Notes under the pieces: model-generated
Seen by the model: the letters and a program-made list of their open reading frames with translations, nothing else
What the model was told of the DNA's origin: nothing
Database searches by the model: none
Part shown: positions 10,130 through 25,141 of the stretch, piece after piece
How positions within the stretch are numbered: position 1 is the first letter of the stretch
Layout of the letters: the number at the start of each line of letters is the position of its first letter
Position numbers and translations under genes: made by a program
Assembly: GCA_965242595.1 (NCBI GenBank)
Contig: OZ251464.1
Location: 2,744,982-2,808,981 of the forward strand
Source of the DNA: Alphaproteobacteria bacterium
Lineage (GTDB): Bacteria; Pseudomonadota; Alphaproteobacteria; SP197
Length of the DNA stretch: 64,000 bases
Direction of reading: 5' to 3'

Positions 10130-10228
10130 CGCCAGGCGGCGTTTGCCTTCCCCGCCGCGCCGGGCCATCTTCGCCCGTGCGGGGCGGCGCCCGTCAGCTT
10201 GCCGCCCGTCAGCTTACCGGAGGACAGC

Positions 10229-12880
<2,652 letters not shown>

Positions 12881-12941
12881 CCCTGGCCCGCGCCGCCCGT
12901 GATGGCAACCGTGACGGCGGGCGCGCCCACCGCCGGACGCG

Positions 12942-15140
12942 TCAGCCGGCTTCGCGGCGCGGGCGGGGGCGGCGCGGGCGGTCTTCGCCATCGCCATGCC
13001 CGAACCGTTCGGCCCGGCGCCTGGCGTCGCGTTCGGCGATGGCGGCGGAGATGTCCTCGCCGCTTTCCTGATCGACCACGCGCATGGAAAGCTTCACCTT
13101 GCCGCGCTCGTCGATGGCCAGCACCTTCACCTTCACCCGGTCGCCTTCCTTCACCACATCGCCCACGGTGGCGACGCGGCCTTCCGCCAGCTCGGAGATG
13201 TGGACCAGGCCGTCGCGCTTGCCGATGAAGTTCACGAAGGCGCCGAATTCCAGGCATTTCACCACCGTGCCGTCATAGACGGTGCCGATCTCCGGCTCGG
13301 CCACGATGTCGCGAATCGCCTTCAGCGCCACCTCGGTGGCGGCGTTGTCGGCCGAGGCGATCTTCACGGTGCCGTCGTCCTCGATGTCGATCTTGGTGCC
13401 CGATTGTTCGGTGATCTCGCGGATGACCTTGCCGCCGGGGCCGATGATGTCGCGGATGCGGTCGGTGGGGATGTGGATGGTGGTGATGCGCGGGGCGAAA
13501 TCCGAAAGCCGCTCGCGGCTGGCGCCGATGGCCTTGGCCATCTCGTCCAGGATGTGCAGGCGCCCTTCCCGCGCCTGGGCCAGCGCGGTTCTCATGATCT
13601 CTTCGCCGATGCCGGCGATCTTGATGTCCATCTGCAGGCTGGTGATGCCGGCCTCGGTGCCGGCGACCTTGAAATCCATATCGCCCAGATGGTCTTCGTC
13701 GCCCAGGATGTCGGAGAGCACGGCGACGCGCTCGCCCTCCTTGATCAGGCCCATGGCGATGCCGGCGCAGGGGCGCTTCAGCGGCACGCCGGCATCCATC
13801 AGCGCCAGCGAGCTGCCGCACACCGTGGCCATGGAGGAGGAGCCGTTGGATTCGGTGATCTCCGAGACGACGCGGATGGTGTAGGGGAACGCCTCGCGCC
13901 CTGGCATCAGCGGGCGGATGGCCCGCCAGGCGAGCTTGCCATGGCCGATTTCGCGCCGGCCCGGCGAGCGCAGGAACGACGCCTCGCCCACCGAATAGGG
14001 CGGGAAGTTGTAGTGGAGCATGAAGCGTTCCCGGTATTCGCCTTCCAGCGCGTCCATGATCTGCTCGTCCTGGCCGGTGCCCAGGGTGGCGGTGACCAGC
14101 GCCTGGGTTTCGCCGCGGGTGAACAGGGCCGAGCCATGGGCGCGCCCCAGCACCCCCACCTCGGCGACGATGGGGCGCACATCGGCCCGTCCGCGCCCGT
14201 CGATGCGGGCACCGCCGGCCAGGGTGGCCTCGCGCAAGGTGGCCTTTTCCAGCGCCTTCAGCTGACCTTCCAGCGCCTGCGATTCGGCTTCGTCGGCCAG
14301 CTCCTGCCGGGCGGCGTCCTTGGCGGCGGCGATCCTGGCCTGGCGGGCCTGCTTGTCGGGCTCCTGGAAGGCTTCGGCCAGCGCGGCGCCCGCCAGCGCC
14401 TGGACGCGGGAGGCGAGCGCGCTGTGGTCCTGGGCCGCCGGCAGCTCCCACGGTTCCCTGGCGCAGGCCTCGGCGAGCTCGACGATGGCGTCGATCACCG
14501 GCTGGAAGGCGCGGTGGGCGAAGGTGACGGCGCCCAGCATCTCCTCTTCGGAGAGCTCGTGGGCCTCCGATTCCACCATCATCACCGCATCGGCGCGCCC
14601 GGCCACCACCAGATCCAGCCGGCTTTCGGCCATCCGCTCCAGAGGGGGGTTCAGCACATAGTCGCCGTCGATGAAGCCCACCCGGGCACCGGCGATGGGG
14701 CCCATGAAGGGGATGCCGGAAAGGGTCAGCGCCGCCGAGGCGCCGATCAGCGCGACGATATCGGGGTCGTTTTCCAGATCGTGGGAGAGCACGGTGCAGA
14801 TCACCTGCGTCTCGTTGCGGAATCCGGGCGCGAACAGCGGGCGGATGGAACGATCGACGATGCGCGAGGACAGGGTTTCCTTTTCGCCCGGCCGGCCTTC
14901 GCGCTTGAAGAAGCCGCCGGGAATCTTGCCGGCCGCGAAGGCCTTTTCCTGGTAGTTCACGGTGAGCGGGAAGAAATCGATGCCTTCGCGGGGCTGGCGC
15001 TGGGCGACGGCGGTGCAGAGCACCGTGGTATCGCCATAGCTGGCCAGCACGGCGCCGTCGGCCTGGCGGGCGATGCGCCCGGTCTCCAGAACCAGCTTGC
15101 GCCCGCCCCAGACGATGTCCTTCCTGTGAATGGTCAACAT
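12942..15140 (-). CDS. pnp: Polyribonucleotide nucleotidyltransferase
   Basis: [39 protein letters not shown] and S1 domains. Confidence 0.97.
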   Translation of the reverse strand: MLTIHRKDIVWGGRKLVLETGRIARQADGAVLASYGDTTVLCTAVAQRQPREGIDFFPLTVNYQEKAFAAGKIPGGFFKREGRPGEKETLSSRIVDRSIRPLFAPGFRNETQVICTVLSHDLENDPDIVALIGASAALTLSGIPFMGPIAGARVGFIDGDYVLNPPLERMAESRLDLVVAGRADAVMMVESEAHELSEEEMLGAVTFAHRAFQPVIDAIVELAEACAREPWELPAAQDHSALASRVQALAGAALAEAFQEPDKQARQARIAAAKDAARQELADEAESQALEGQLKALEKATLREATLAGGARIDGRGRADVRPIVAEVGVLGRAHGSALFTRGETQALVTATLGTGQDEQIMDALEGEYRERFMLHYNFPPYSVGEASFLRSPGRREIGHGKLAWRAIRPLMPGREAFPYTIRVVSEITESNGSSSMATVCGSSLALMDAGVPLKRPCAGIAMGLIKEGERVAVLSDILGDEDHLGDMDFKVAGTEAGITSLQMDIKIAGIGEEIMRTALAQAREGRLHILDEMAKAIGASRERLSDFAPRITTIHIPTDRIRDIIGPGGKVIREITEQSGTKIDIEDDGTVKIASADNAATEVALKAIRDIVAEPEIGTVYDGTVVKCLEFGAFVNFIGKRDGLVHISELAEGRVATVGDVVKEGDRVKVKVLAIDERGKVKLSMRVVDQESGEDISAAIAERDARRRAERFGHGDGEDRPRRPRPRREAG

Positions 15141-15237
15141 CTCTTGTCTCCTTCAGACGGCGGCGGCCTTTGCGCCGCCGCGGCGATGCGCGGCCGTCCC
15201 GCCCGGCCGATGCCGAACCGCGCTGTCGTTGACGGCC

Positions 15238-15507
15238 TCAGCGCCTGAGGCCGAGGCTGGCGATGAGCGTGCGGTAACGCTCCTCGCTCCTGCTGCGCAG
15301 ATAGTCGAGCAGAGAGCGGCGCCGGCTGACCAGCAGCAGCAGGCCGCGCCGGGAATGTTTATCCTTGCGGTGGGTCTTGAAGTGCTGGGTGAGATTGGCG
15401 ATGCGCTCGCTCAGGATCGCCACCTGCACTTCGGGCGAGCCGGTATCGCCCTGTTCGCGGCCGTAGCGCGCGATGAGCTCGGCCTTGCGTTCGACGGTGA
15501 TCGACAT
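15238..15507 (-). CDS. rpsO: 30S ribosomal protein S15
   Basis: [12 protein letters not shown]...[10 protein letters not shown]. Confidence 0.97.
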   Translation of the reverse strand: MSITVERKAELIARYGREQGDTGSPEVQVAILSERIANLTQHFKTHRKDKHSRRGLLLLVSRRRSLLDYLRSRSEERYRTLIASLGLRR

Positions 15508-15509
15508 CT

Positions 15510-16451
15510 TCATTCCCCTGCCAGATTGAACACGCGCAGCGGCCGCAGGCTGCCGGCCGTGACCTCGCCGATGGCGACGAGGCAGCGACCGGCCATGACC
15601 CGACGGATGCCGCCGCCTTCGCCGGCCACCGCCACCCGGCGCCCCTGCCGCAGCAGCTGCGCCTTCGCTGCCGTGACGGCAAGCGCCGGGATGTCGTCCA
15701 GCGCCGTCTCCACAGGCAGAAGCGCCCCCGAAGGCAGCGCGCTTTTACCACATTCGCCGAGGGTATCCACCGCAATCGCCATGTTGTGCGAAAAAGGCCC
15801 CACCCGCGTGCGGCGCAGGGCCGCGACATGGGCCAGCGTTCCCAGGCACCGCGCCAGATCCCGCCCCAGGGCGCGGATATAGGTGCCCTTGCCGCACACC
15901 GCCTCGAAACTGGCGCGGTCGCGGTCCGGGATGGCGATAAGGCGCAGGCTGTGAACCGTGACCCGGCGCGGGGCGAGGGCGACCGGCAGGCCGCGCCGGG
16001 CCAGATCGTAAGCGCGGCGGCCCGCCAGCTTCACGGCGGAAAAGGCGGGCGGCACCTGTTCGATGCTGCCGGTGAAGGCGGCCAGCGCAGCCTGGATGTG
16101 TTCGCGGCGGGGGCGGACGGCGCAGCTTGCCACCACCTCGCCCTCGCTGTCGTCGGTGGCGGTGGCCTCGCCCCAGCGCAGGGTGAAGCGATAGACCTTG
16201 GCGGCGTCCTGGCACCAGGGGACGGTTTTGGTGGCCTCGCCCAGGGCCACCGGCAGCACGCCGACGGCGGCGGGATCCAGGGTGCCGCCATGGCCCAGCT
16301 TGGCCGCGCCGGTGGCGCGCCGCACCCGGCCCAGCGCCTGGGTGGAGGTCATGCCGGGCGGCTTGTCCACCACCAGCCAGCCATCGATGCGGCGCCTGGC
16401 GCGCCGTGGCGGTGGCGCCGCTGCGGCCGCTTTAGCCGGTTCAGGCACCAT
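15510..16451 (-). CDS. truB: tRNA pseudouridine(55) synthase
   Basis: [34 protein letters not shown]; operon context. Confidence 0.95.
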   Translation of the reverse strand: MVPEPAKAAAAAPPPRRARRRIDGWLVVDKPPGMTSTQALGRVRRATGAAKLGHGGTLDPAAVGVLPVALGEATKTVPWCQDAAKVYRFTLRWGEATATDDSEGEVVASCAVRPRREHIQAALAAFTGSIEQVPPAFSAVKLAGRRAYDLARRGLPVALAPRRVTVHSLRLIAIPDRDRASFEAVCGKGTYIRALGRDLARCLGTLAHVAALRRTRVGPFSHNMAIAVDTLGECGKSALPSGALLPVETALDDIPALAVTAAKAQLLRQGRRVAVAGEGGGIRRVMAGRCLVAIGEVTAGSLRPLRVFNLAGE

Positions 16452-16812
16452 CGGCGCGGCGCAGCAGGGCGCCGATGCGCTGGCTTCGCTCGAAGCCGGT
16501 GTCGGGCTGGAAGGCCAGCTGGGGCGCGGCGCGCAGCTGGAGGCGGCGCGCGATCCGGGCGCGCAGATAGGGTGCCGCACGCTCCAGCCCGGCCATGGCC
16601 TCGGCCAGCCCTTCGCCGCCCAGGGGCATGACGAAGCAGGTGGCGCGGCGCAGATCGGGGGTCATGCGCACCTCGGAGACGGTGATGGCGCGCCCGGCCA
16701 GCGCCCGATCGCGGATGGCGCCGCGGGCGAACAGCTCTGCCAGGGCGTGGCGGACCTCCTCGCCCACCCGCAGCTGCCGCTGGCCCGGCGCGCCCCTGAC
16801 CTGCCTGACCAT
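16441..16812 (-). CDS. rbfA: Ribosome-binding factor A
   Basis: RQLRVGEEVR, VSEVRMTPDLR, PQLAFQPD. Confidence 0.95.
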   Translation of the reverse strand: MVRQVRGAPGQRQLRVGEEVRHALAELFARGAIRDRALAGRAITVSEVRMTPDLRRATCFVMPLGGEGLAEAMAGLERAAPYLRARIARRLQLRAAPQLAFQPDTGFERSQRIGALLRRADGA

Positions 16813-16821
16813 GGCACCGCC

Positions 16822-19392
16822 TCAGGCTTCGGCGCTGCGGGCGACGGCGATGCGTTCATAGGCCTCGATCTCGTCGCCCACCTCGATGTCCTGGTGGCCT
16901 TCCAGCCGGATGCCGCATTCGCTGCCCTGCTTGATCTCGCGCACCTCGTCCTTGTGGTGGCGCAGCGAGGCGATGGCGCCATCGAACAGGATGTGGCCGG
17001 CGCGCAGCAGGCGGACCTTGGCGTTGCGGCGGACGACGCCGTCCATGATGCGGCAGCCGGCGATGCGGCCCAGCTTGGAGATATCGAAGGTTTCCAGCAC
17101 CTGGGCGGCGCCCAGCACCTTTTCCTCGCTGACCGGCGCCAGCAAGCCGGAGAGCATGGTTTCGGCCTCGTCCAGCAGCTCGTAGATGATGCGGTGATAG
17201 CGCAGCTCTACGCCTTCCTTTTCGGCCAGGCGGCGGGCCTGGCTGTTGGCGCGGACATTGAAGCCGAAGACGATGGCGTTGGAGGCCTTGGCCAGCGTGA
17301 CATCGCTTTCGTTGATGCCGCCTACCGCCGCCAGCAGCACCCGCGGCCTGACCTCTTCGCCGCCCAGTTGCTCCAGGCTTTGGGCGATGGCTTCGGCCGA
17401 GCCATCGACATCGGCCTTGACCACCAGCGCCAGCTCTCTGGCCTGGCCGGCGGCGATGCTGGCGAGCAGCTGTTCGACCGAACTGCGCCCGACGGTGGCA
17501 ATTTTGCGCTGCCGCTCCTGCTCTTCGCGATAGGCGGCGATCTCGCGCGCGCGGCGTTCGTTTTCGACCGCCACGAACTCGTCGCCGGCCGCCGGCGTCC
17601 CGGACAGCCCCAGCACCTCGACCGCCGCCGCCGGGCCGGCCGCCTTCACATGGGCCCCGCGATCGTCCACCAGGGCGCGGATGCGGCCCCATTCCCTGCC
17701 CACGACCACGATGTCGCCGACGCTGAGCGTGCCGCGCTGCACCAGCACGGTGGAGACGGCGCCGCGGCCCTTTTCCAGCCTAGCCTCGACCACCACGCCT
17801 TCGGCGGCGCGTTCGGGATTGGCCCGCAGCTCCAGCAACTCGGCCTGCAGCAGGATGGTTTCCTTGAGCTTGTCCAGGCCCGCGCCCGTTTTCGCCGAAA
17901 CCTCCACATCCAGCACCTCGCCGCCCATGGCCTCGACCACCAGCTCGTGCTGCAGCAGATCCTGGCGTACCTTGCCGGGATCGGCCCCTGGCAGATCGCA
18001 TTTGTTGATGGCGACGACCAGCGGCACGGCGGCGGCACGGGCGTGATCGATGGCCTCGCGGGTCTGGGGCATGACGGAATCGTCGGCCGCCACCACCAGC
18101 ACCACGATATCGGTGACATCGGCACCGCGCGCGCGCATGGCGGTGAAGGCGGCATGGCCCGGCGTATCCAGGAACATGATGGTGCCGGCACCGGCGAGCT
18201 CCACCCGATGGGCGCCGATATGCTGGGTGATGCCGCCCGCCTCGCCGGCGGCCACGTCGGTTTTGCGCAGGGCGTCCAGCAGCGAGGTTTTGCCGTGATC
18301 GACATGGCCCATCACCGTGACCACCGGCGGGCGGGGGCGTTTGAGCTCTTCGGCATCGTCGTCCTGTTTGAGGCCAACCTCGACATCGGCCGCCGAGACA
18401 CGGCGCGCCTTGTGACCGAACTCTTCCACCAGCAACTCGGCCGTGTCGGCGTCGATGGCCTGGTTGATGGTGACCATCTGCCCCAGCTCCATCAGCCGTT
18501 TGACCACCTCGCCGCCGCGCACCGCCATGCGGTTGGCGAGCTCGCCTACCGGGATGGCTTCGGGGACGACGATCTCGCGCTGGAACTTCCTGGCCGGGCC
18601 GCTGGAACTGCGCTGGCCGGCCTGCTGCTGGCGCAGCTTTTCGCGGGCGCGCCGCGCCGCCGCCAGGCTGCGCGCCCGCTCCTCGCCATCGTCGCCCGCC
18701 AGCGCCTGGGCGACGGTGAGCTTGCCGCGCCGGCGGCGATCGCCGGGCCGGGTTTTGGGCGCCAGCGGCGAGCGGCGCTCGCGCCGGGGGCGGCGGGCTT
18801 CTTCCTCTTCGGGCCGCGCCGTCGTGGTGGCGGGCGGGGCCGGATCGGCGCCGCGGCGCGGTTCGGCCAGGCGGCTGGCCTGTTCCTCGGCCTTCTGCCG
18901 CGCTTCCTCCTCGCGCTGGCGGCGTTCCGCCTCGGCTTCGGCCTGGCGGCGGGCTTCCTCGCGCTCGGCCTCGATCCTGGCCTCTTCCTCGCTGCGCAGG
19001 GCCGCCTCGGCTTCGGCCTGGCGGCGGGCTTCTTCCTCCAGCTTGCGCGCCTCGCTCAGCGCGCGCATACGGCTTTCGCGCTCTTCGGGGGTCAGCGTCT
19101 TGAGGATCAGGGGGGCGCGGGGGCGCCCCTTCGCTGGCGCGCTGGCGGCGGGCCGTTCCACGGGCTTCGCCGACGGCGGGGCGGGGGTGGGCGCCGCCGC
19201 TTCCGGCTTGGCATCGCCGCGCCCGGGGCGGATGACGTGCCGCTTTTTGACCTCGACCTGCACCACCTTGGTGCGCCCGTGGCTGAAACTCTGGCGAGTC
19301 TGGCCGCCCGATATCGTCTTGCGTCTTTCAAGGCGGACACCGCCGCTGCTGCGGGCGGGCGCCCTGGACCTCCTGTCGCCTTCGTCCGTCAT
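16822..19392 (-). CDS. infB: Translation initiation factor IF-2
   Basis: [42 protein letters not shown]. Confidence 0.97.
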   Translation of the reverse strand: MTDEGDRRSRAPARSSGGVRLERRKTISGGQTRQSFSHGRTKVVQVEVKKRHVIRPGRGDAKPEAAAPTPAPPSAKPVERPAASAPAKGRPRAPLILKTLTPEERESRMRALSEARKLEEEARRQAEAEAALRSEEEARIEAEREEARRQAEAEAERRQREEEARQKAEEQASRLAEPRRGADPAPPATTTARPEEEEARRPRRERRSPLAPKTRPGDRRRRGKLTVAQALAGDDGEERARSLAAARRAREKLRQQQAGQRSSSGPARKFQREIVVPEAIPVGELANRMAVRGGEVVKRLMELGQMVTINQAIDADTAELLVEEFGHKARRVSAADVEVGLKQDDDAEELKRPRPPVVTVMGHVDHGKTSLLDALRKTDVAAGEAGGITQHIGAHRVELAGAGTIMFLDTPGHAAFTAMRARGADVTDIVVLVVAADDSVMPQTREAIDHARAAAVPLVVAINKCDLPGADPGKVRQDLLQHELVVEAMGGEVLDVEVSAKTGAGLDKLKETILLQAELLELRANPERAAEGVVVEARLEKGRGAVSTVLVQRGTLSVGDIVVVGREWGRIRALVDDRGAHVKAAGPAAAVEVLGLSGTPAAGDEFVAVENERRAREIAAYREEQERQRKIATVGRSSVEQLLASIAAGQARELALVVKADVDGSAEAIAQSLEQLGGEEVRPRVLLAAVGGINESDVTLAKASNAIVFGFNVRANSQARRLAEKEGVELRYHRIIYELLDEAETMLSGLLAPVSEEKVLGAAQVLETFDISKLGRIAGCRIMDGVVRRNAKVRLLRAGHILFDGAIASLRHHKDEVREIKQGSECGIRLEGHQDIEVGDEIEAYERIAVARSAEA

Positions 19393-19991
19393 CCCTGGCG
19401 TCCTTCCCTGCCCTGGCCCGGCGCCGTGCGCAAACCGGCCAGCCGGGCGCATTCGCCCTCGATCTTCGCCGCCAGCCGGCCGGGCGCCAGGGCGACATGC
19501 ACCGCCCGGCAACGGCCGAAGGGCGCCCCCAGCTCGGCAGCGTCCAGCAGACGGATGGTGCGGGGTGCGGCCGCGCCCGCCAGCTTGCGCAGGCCGTCCA
19601 TAGAACCATCGCGGGCATGCAGCAACACCGCGCCGTCATGCGCCAGCCGAGCGCGGCATTTTTCGAACCCCGCCACCGCCTCGCCGGCACGCCGCGCCAG
19701 ACCCAGCAGGGCGACGATGCGGGCGGTCATCAAGCGCTCCACCGTGTCGGCCAGCCCGGCCTCGGCCCTGGCGGCGCTTTTGAAGGCGCGGGGAAACAGG
19801 TTTTTGGCGACCGCCCGTTCGATGGCCGCCCGCCGCGCGCCGACCCAGGCGCCGCGGCCCGGCAGGCGCCGGGTGAGATCGGGCACCACGCGGCCATCGG
19901 GCGCCAGCGCGAAACGCACCAGCGTTTCGGCGCTGCCGCTTTCGCCCGTGGCGAGGCAGCGGCGCAACCCGTCGCTATCCCTGCCAGCCAT
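19389..19991 (-). CDS. YlxR/DUF448 RNA-binding protein with an L7Ae-like C-terminal half
   Basis: RRCLATG...LVRFAL...LPGRGAWV; lies between nusA and infB. Confidence 0.88.
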   Translation of the reverse strand: MAGRDSDGLRRCLATGESGSAETLVRFALAPDGRVVPDLTRRLPGRGAWVGARRAAIERAVAKNLFPRAFKSAARAEAGLADTVERLMTARIVALLGLARRAGEAVAGFEKCRARLAHDGAVLLHARDGSMDGLRKLAGAAAPRTIRLLDAAELGAPFGRCRAVHVALAPGRLAAKIEGECARLAGLRTAPGQGREGRQG

Positions 19992-20005
19992 GGCCGCCGC
20001 CGCCG

Positions 20006-21628
20006 TCAGGGCGCGGCCTCTGCCGGAGCGGAAGGCCGCTCTTCACCAGCGCTGCCCTCGCCGCCATCTTCCGGCGCCTCGTCTTCGTCGGCGAACCAGT
20101 GGGCGCGGGCGGCCATGACGATGGCGTTGGCATCCTCGATGGCGAGATAGCCGGGCAGGATGTCCTCCATCAGCTCGTCGGCGGCCAGATCGCCCAGATC
20201 GTCCAGCGTCTTGATCCCCTTCTCGCCCATCTCCACCAGCATGGTGGGGGTGAGGCCTTCGATCCCGGCCACGGCGTCTTCCACGCCCAGTTCGCGGCGG
20301 CGCTGGTTCATCTGGCGGTCGCGCTCTTCCACGAAGGCCAGCGCCCGGCTTTGCAGTTCGTGGCCGACGGTCTCGTCCAGGCCCTCGATGGCAACCAGCT
20401 CCTCGACCGGCACATAGGCGACCTCATCGGCCTCGCTGAAGCCTTCGGTGACCAGCAGCCGGGCCAGCACATCGTCGACATCCAGCGCGTCCATGAAATG
20501 CTCGCTCTTCTGGCGCATCTCTTCGATGCGGCGTTCGGACTCGTCGCTTTCGGTCATGATGTCGATGTCCCAGCCGACCAGCTGGGAGGCGAGGCGGACA
20601 TTCTGCCCGCGCCTGCCGATGGCGAGCGAGAGCTGGTCGTCGGGCACCACCACCTCCATGCGGCGCTCGTCCTCGTCCATCACCACCTTGGCCACCTCGG
20701 CCGGCTGCAGGGCGTTGACGACGCAGGTCGGGATGTCGGGCGACCAGGGGATGATGTCGATCTTCTCGTTGTTGAGCTCGTTCACCACCGCCTGCACCCG
20801 GCTGCCCCGCATGCCGACACAGGCGCCGACCGGATCGATGGAGCTGTCGTTCGACATCACGGCGATCTTGGCCCGGCTGCCGGGATCGCGCGCCACCGCC
20901 TTGATCTCGATGATGCCGTCGTAGATCTCCGGCACCTCCTGGGCGAACAGCTTGACCATGAACTGGGGGTGGGTGCGGCTGAGGAAGATCTGCGGCCCGC
21001 GCTGTTCCTGGCAGACGCGGGAGATATAGGCACGCACGCGCTTCTCGCTCCTGTCCTCGCGGCTTTCGTCGAAGGTGAACTCGCCCGGCACGCATTCGTC
21101 GCGGCGCAGCAGCGCCTCGGCCTTGCCCAGATCGACGATCAGGTTGCCGTGCTCGCGGTTCTTGACATAGCCGATGACGATCTCGCCCACCCGGTCCTTG
21201 TATTCGTTGTATTGCCGCTCCCGCTCGGCCTCGCGCACCTTCTGCACGATCACCTGCTTGGCGGCCTGCACGGCGATGCGGCCGAACTCCACCGGCGGCA
21301 GTTCGGTGGCGATGAAATCGCCCACCTGGGCGATGGGGTTGTGGGTGCGCCGCGCCTCTTCCAGCCCGATCTGCACGGCGGGCGTCTCCACCGCCTCGTC
21401 TTCCACCACTTCGACGAAGCGGCGCAGCGTGACCGCACCGGAGGCGCGGTCGATCTGGGCGCGGATGTCGAATTCGTTGCCGTATTTGCGTCTGCCGGCG
21501 TGCTGGATCGCCTGTTCCATCGCCTCGATCACGGTCTCGCGCTCGATCCCCTTCTCGCGGGCGACCGCATCGGCGATCTGGACCATCTCCTGATAATCGG
21601 CGCCCGCCATGGCCTCGCTGGCTGCCAT
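20006..21628 (-). CDS. nusA: Transcription termination/antitermination factor NusA
   Basis: [45 protein letters not shown]. Confidence 0.97.
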   Translation of the reverse strand: MAASEAMAGADYQEMVQIADAVAREKGIERETVIEAMEQAIQHAGRRKYGNEFDIRAQIDRASGAVTLRRFVEVVEDEAVETPAVQIGLEEARRTHNPIAQVGDFIATELPPVEFGRIAVQAAKQVIVQKVREAERERQYNEYKDRVGEIVIGYVKNREHGNLIVDLGKAEALLRRDECVPGEFTFDESREDRSEKRVRAYISRVCQEQRGPQIFLSRTHPQFMVKLFAQEVPEIYDGIIEIKAVARDPGSRAKIAVMSNDSSIDPVGACVGMRGSRVQAVVNELNNEKIDIIPWSPDIPTCVVNALQPAEVAKVVMDEDERRMEVVVPDDQLSLAIGRRGQNVRLASQLVGWDIDIMTESDESERRIEEMRQKSEHFMDALDVDDVLARLLVTEGFSEADEVAYVPVEELVAIEGLDETVGHELQSRALAFVEERDRQMNQRRRELGVEDAVAGIEGLTPTMLVEMGEKGIKTLDDLGDLAADELMEDILPGYLAIEDANAIVMAARAHWFADEDEAPEDGGEGSAGEERPSAPAEAAP

Positions 21629-21632
21629 CGCC

Positions 21633-22139
21633 TCACTCCCTTTCCTTCTCTCCGCCCGGCCCCTGCCTGGGCGCCCCTGCCCGGAGCAGCCGGTCGCTGG
21701 CGACCAGCTTCGACTCCACGATCGCCTCGAAGGGCAGGCTGGCGATGCGCCCGTCCCTCAGCGCCAGCCGCACATGGCCCCGGGCCATGCCCTCCAGCCT
21801 GCCGCGGAACCGGTGCTGCCCGTCCAGCGGCGGCTCCACCCTGGCCATCGCCTCGAAGCCGGCGAAACGGTCGAAATCCTCCGGCCTGACCAGGGGGCGG
21901 TCGATGCCGGTGGAGCTGACCTCCAGCCGATAGGGGCCTGCGAGAGCATCCTCGACATCCAGCAGGGCGCCGACCGCACGGCTGATGGCGGCACAGTCGT
22001 CCAGCCCCACCGGCGTGCCGTCGCCCCGCTCCGCCATGACCTGGAGCGTGCGGGCCAGCATCTTCACACGCACCAACCGAAAGCCCAACGCTTCGACGGC
22101 AGGCCCGATCAGACGCTCGATCTCGCTCTCCGATGCCAT
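21633..22139 (-). CDS. rimP: Ribosome maturation factor RimP
   Basis: LDDCAAISR, YRLEVSSTGIDRPL; upstream of nusA. Confidence 0.93.
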   Translation of the reverse strand: MASESEIERLIGPAVEALGFRLVRVKMLARTLQVMAERGDGTPVGLDDCAAISRAVGALLDVEDALAGPYRLEVSSTGIDRPLVRPEDFDRFAGFEAMARVEPPLDGQHRFRGRLEGMARGHVRLALRDGRIASLPFEAIVESKLVASDRLLRAGAPRQGPGGEKERE

Positions 22140-22299
22140 CCTGCCATCCACACGCACAAAGCCGGCACCGGAGAAGCCCCGAGGCGCAGCGACCTTAGCC
22201 ATGCCAGGGGCAAAAGCAAGCCCTTTCGCAGCCGGCCCCGGTCGCGGCCGCGCCCCGTCTTGACAAGGCGCCCCGCCGCGGCCGAAAGCGGGGGCCGGG

Positions 22300-22551
22300 A
22301 TGGCGCAGGATGCGGCACGGGGGCGCGCTGTTGTGGACGGCGAGATCGTCTGGTGGCGTGAGGCGAAGGGCTATGGCTTTCTGCGCCCGGTCGAGGGCGG
22401 CGACGACATCGCCTTCCGCCTGGCCGACGCCGCCCTGCCGCTGGGGTCGGTGGCTGTCGGCATGGCGGTTCACTTCACGCTTCGCCACGACGCCATCGGT
22501 CCGCTGGCGGTGCGGCTGGCGCCTGGCCATCGCGGCGAAGGCGCGCTTTAG
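22300..22551 (+). CDS. Cold-shock-domain-like protein (degenerate)
   Basis: GEIVWWREAKGYGFL (RNP1-like); RNP2 VFVH replaced by IAFR. Confidence 0.65.
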   Translation: MAQDAARGRAVVDGEIVWWREAKGYGFLRPVEGGDDIAFRLADAALPLGSVAVGMAVHFTLRHDAIGPLAVRLAPGHRGEGAL

Positions 22552-23390
22552 CGCAGGCCCTTGTCCACCCGGGGCGGCGCCTCGAAGACACGGGGAAAGC
22601 GCGGGCAGTCCAGCGGCTCGCCGGGGCGCAGGCCGCAATCGGGAAAGTCCGGCTCCATGATGCCGGGGCGCTCCACATAGACGGCGTCGTCGCCCACCCA
22701 GGTGGTGTTGGTGGCGCGGCGTCGCCGGTCCGTCTGCGGGTTGCCCGGCGCGCCGTGGACCGTCATGCCGTGGAAGGCGACCACATCGCCGGGTTCCAGC
22801 TCCCAGGCCAGCAGGTCGCCGCCGTGGCGGGCCTCGATGTCGCCGGGTGCGGCATGGCCCTCGCTGCCCCGCCCGAAGCCGCCGCCATCGCGAAAACGCA
22901 GCGGTGCCAGCGGCAGGGGCCAGCGGTGCGAGCCCTTGACACAACGCAGGCTGACCTCGGCCGGCACCCTGTCCAGCGGCGCCCACAGCACCACGATCTG
23001 GCGCCCCTCGACGCAGTAATAGGGCTGATCCTGATGGTAGAGGCTGGGCTTCGAGGCTCCCGGTTCCTTCACGAACACGCCGTCGAAGAGGAAGTTGGCC
23101 CGGCGCGAGCGCATCAGCGCCGCCGCCAGTTCGCCGGCGGGGCCTTCCAGCGCGAAACGCCTCAGCGCCGCCACCCGGTCAGAGGCGAGATAGTCGGTGA
23201 AGAAGACGGGATCGCCCCCATCCTGGATGCGGCGCGAATAGCGCCCGCAGCTCGCCATCGCCTGTGCGACGCCGTCGCGCAGCAGCGCCACCCACTCCCG
23301 CCCATAGACGCCCCTCAGCACGCAGGCCCCGTCGGCCTCATAGCGGGCGATCTCGGCTTCGTCGGGCAGGCGGACGGGGTGGGCGGGCAT
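22548..23390 (-). CDS. Phytanoyl-CoA dioxygenase (PhyH) family Fe/2OG oxygenase
   Basis: YHQDQPY (HxD), WAPLD, GSHRW, FHGMTVHGA. Confidence 0.88.
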   Translation of the reverse strand: MPAHPVRLPDEAEIARYEADGACVLRGVYGREWVALLRDGVAQAMASCGRYSRRIQDGGDPVFFTDYLASDRVAALRRFALEGPAGELAAALMRSRRANFLFDGVFVKEPGASKPSLYHQDQPYYCVEGRQIVVLWAPLDRVPAEVSLRCVKGSHRWPLPLAPLRFRDGGGFGRGSEGHAAPGDIEARHGGDLLAWELEPGDVVAFHGMTVHGAPGNPQTDRRRRATNTTWVGDDAVYVERPGIMEPDFPDCGLRPGEPLDCPRFPRVFEAPPRVDKGLR

Positions 23391-23396
23391 CGGCGT

Positions 23397-24551
23397 CTAT
23401 TTCACCACCAGGTCGTGGGGCATGGCGGAGACCGGCTCGAAACGGTCGTCATGCACGATCCCGGTCTCGCCCAGGCTCATGGTAAGGCGGCGCGCGCCAT
23501 CCACCAGGATCATGTGCATGAACACCACCATGCCGGCCTCCACCAGGGTGGGATTGTCGGCATAGATCATCGGCTCCTCCATCCAGGAGGGAGGATAGTT
23601 GGCGGAAAGCGAATAGCCACAGGCGTTCAGCCGGCAATCCGCGAGCCCGTGGGCATCGATGACGCGGGCATGGGTGGCGTAGAGGTCGCCGAAGCTGGCG
23701 CCGGGCCGGGCCGCCGCCTGACATGCGGCCAGCGCCTCCACACAGGCCGCATGCATGGCCAGGTGGCGTTCGCCCGCCCGCCCGGTCAGCACCGTGCGCA
23801 TGATCGCCGCCTGATAGTGGCGCCAACCGGCGCCATATTCCAGCTGCACCTGGTCTTCGTCGCCCACCCTGGCACGGCCGGTGAAATAGCGCACCAGCAG
23901 CGCGCCCTCGCCACAGCCGACGATGGCGCGGCTGGCCGGATAATCGCCGCCGTTCTCGAAGATGGCATCGTTCATGCGGGCATAGAGCACGCCTTCGTCC
24001 ACGCCCGGCGCGATGGCCGCGTACAGGGCGTGGAGCGCCCGGTCGCACAGCTTTCCGGCGCGGCGCACGCAATCCTGTTCGGCCGGGCTTTTCACCAGGC
24101 GCAGCCGCTGCACCAGGTCGCTGGCGTCCTCATGGGCGCAGAAGCCTTCCAGGGCGCGGGCCAGCATCGCCCAGCGCTGGCCGGTCAGGCACCAGGCATG
24201 CAGCTCCACACCCAGCCGGGCGCCGCGAAGCCCCTTCTCCTCCAGCACCGCCAGCACATCGCGGGCAGGATCGGCCCCGCCGCGGTCGGCCCAGATGCGC
24301 ACATCCTCGATGACGGAGGTATAGGCCGCCTGCTCCCGGTCGGCGGAACGGGTCACCAGCACCATGGCGCCGCCGGCGGTCAGCACCAGGCACTGGAACA
24401 GGGAATAGCCGGCGGTGTCGTAGCCGGTAAGGTAATACATGCTCTCCTGCTTGAAGAGCAGCAGCGCGTCCAGGCCGTGCGCGACCATCGCCGCGCAGGC
24501 CGCCTGCCGCCGGGCGGCGAGCTCTTCGGGCGCGAAATGCAGATGGGCCAT
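23397..24551 (-). CDS. M24 Xaa-Pro peptidase family (ectoine hydrolase-like)
   Basis: QESMYYLTGYD, RLVKSPAE, CGYSL, VFMHMIL. Confidence 0.85.
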   Translation of the reverse strand: MAHLHFAPEELAARRQAACAAMVAHGLDALLLFKQESMYYLTGYDTAGYSLFQCLVLTAGGAMVLVTRSADREQAAYTSVIEDVRIWADRGGADPARDVLAVLEEKGLRGARLGVELHAWCLTGQRWAMLARALEGFCAHEDASDLVQRLRLVKSPAEQDCVRRAGKLCDRALHALYAAIAPGVDEGVLYARMNDAIFENGGDYPASRAIVGCGEGALLVRYFTGRARVGDEDQVQLEYGAGWRHYQAAIMRTVLTGRAGERHLAMHAACVEALAACQAAARPGASFGDLYATHARVIDAHGLADCRLNACGYSLSANYPPSWMEEPMIYADNPTLVEAGMVVFMHMILVDGARRLTMSLGETGIVHDDRFEPVSAMPHDLVVK

Positions 24552-24643
24552 CGCCTTCCCCTGCCGTTGCCCGACGATCATGCCGTTGCGGCGGCGGTGC
24601 CGTAAAGGCTAGAAGGGCGCCCGCCTGGCCGGGAGGGCGCGCG

Positions 24644-25123
24644 ATGGCAGACGGCCTGTTCCGCACCGAAGCGGTGGTGAAGCCGGAATGGATCGACGAC
24701 TACGGCCATCTCAACATGGCCTTCTATGTGCTGATCTGCGATCTGGCCACCGCCGCCTTCTGGGACGCCATGAACGCGCCGGTGCCCCAGGCCGAACGGG
24801 ACGGGGCGGAATACGCCGTGGTCGAAACCCATGTGAACTATCTGGGCGAGCTGCGCGAAGGCGCCCCGGTGGCGGTGACAACCCAGCTGCTGGCGGCCGA
24901 CGCCAAGCGCTTCCGCCTGTTCCACCGCCTGTATCACGCCCGCGAAGACTATCTGGCGGCCACCAACGAGGTGATGGCGCTGGGCTTCCATCTCAAAACG
25001 CGGGCCGCCATGGCGTTCGTGCCAGCTGCCCGCGAGCGCCTGCGGCAGATGGCGGCCGATCATGCCGCCATCGAACGCCACCGCCATGTCGGGCGCGCCA
25101 TCGGCCAGCCCTTCGAACGCTGA
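24644..25123 (+). CDS. Hot-dog-fold thioesterase
   Basis: VKPEWIDDYGHLNMAFY, VETHVNYLGEL, DAKRFRLFH. Confidence 0.85.
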   Translation: MADGLFRTEAVVKPEWIDDYGHLNMAFYVLICDLATAAFWDAMNAPVPQAERDGAEYAVVETHVNYLGELREGAPVAVTTQLLAADAKRFRLFHRLYHAREDYLAATNEVMALGFHLKTRAAMAFVPAARERLRQMAADHAAIERHRHVGRAIGQPFER

Positions 25124-25141
25124 GACGGGTCGCAGGCCGGG

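Noticed and set aside
10188-10215. Direct repeat CGCCCGTCAGCTT x2 upstream of acnA; also a 10-bp duplication at 5491-5510 and a GGC run near 40124-40144
   Set aside because: Short local duplications with no supporting evidence of function
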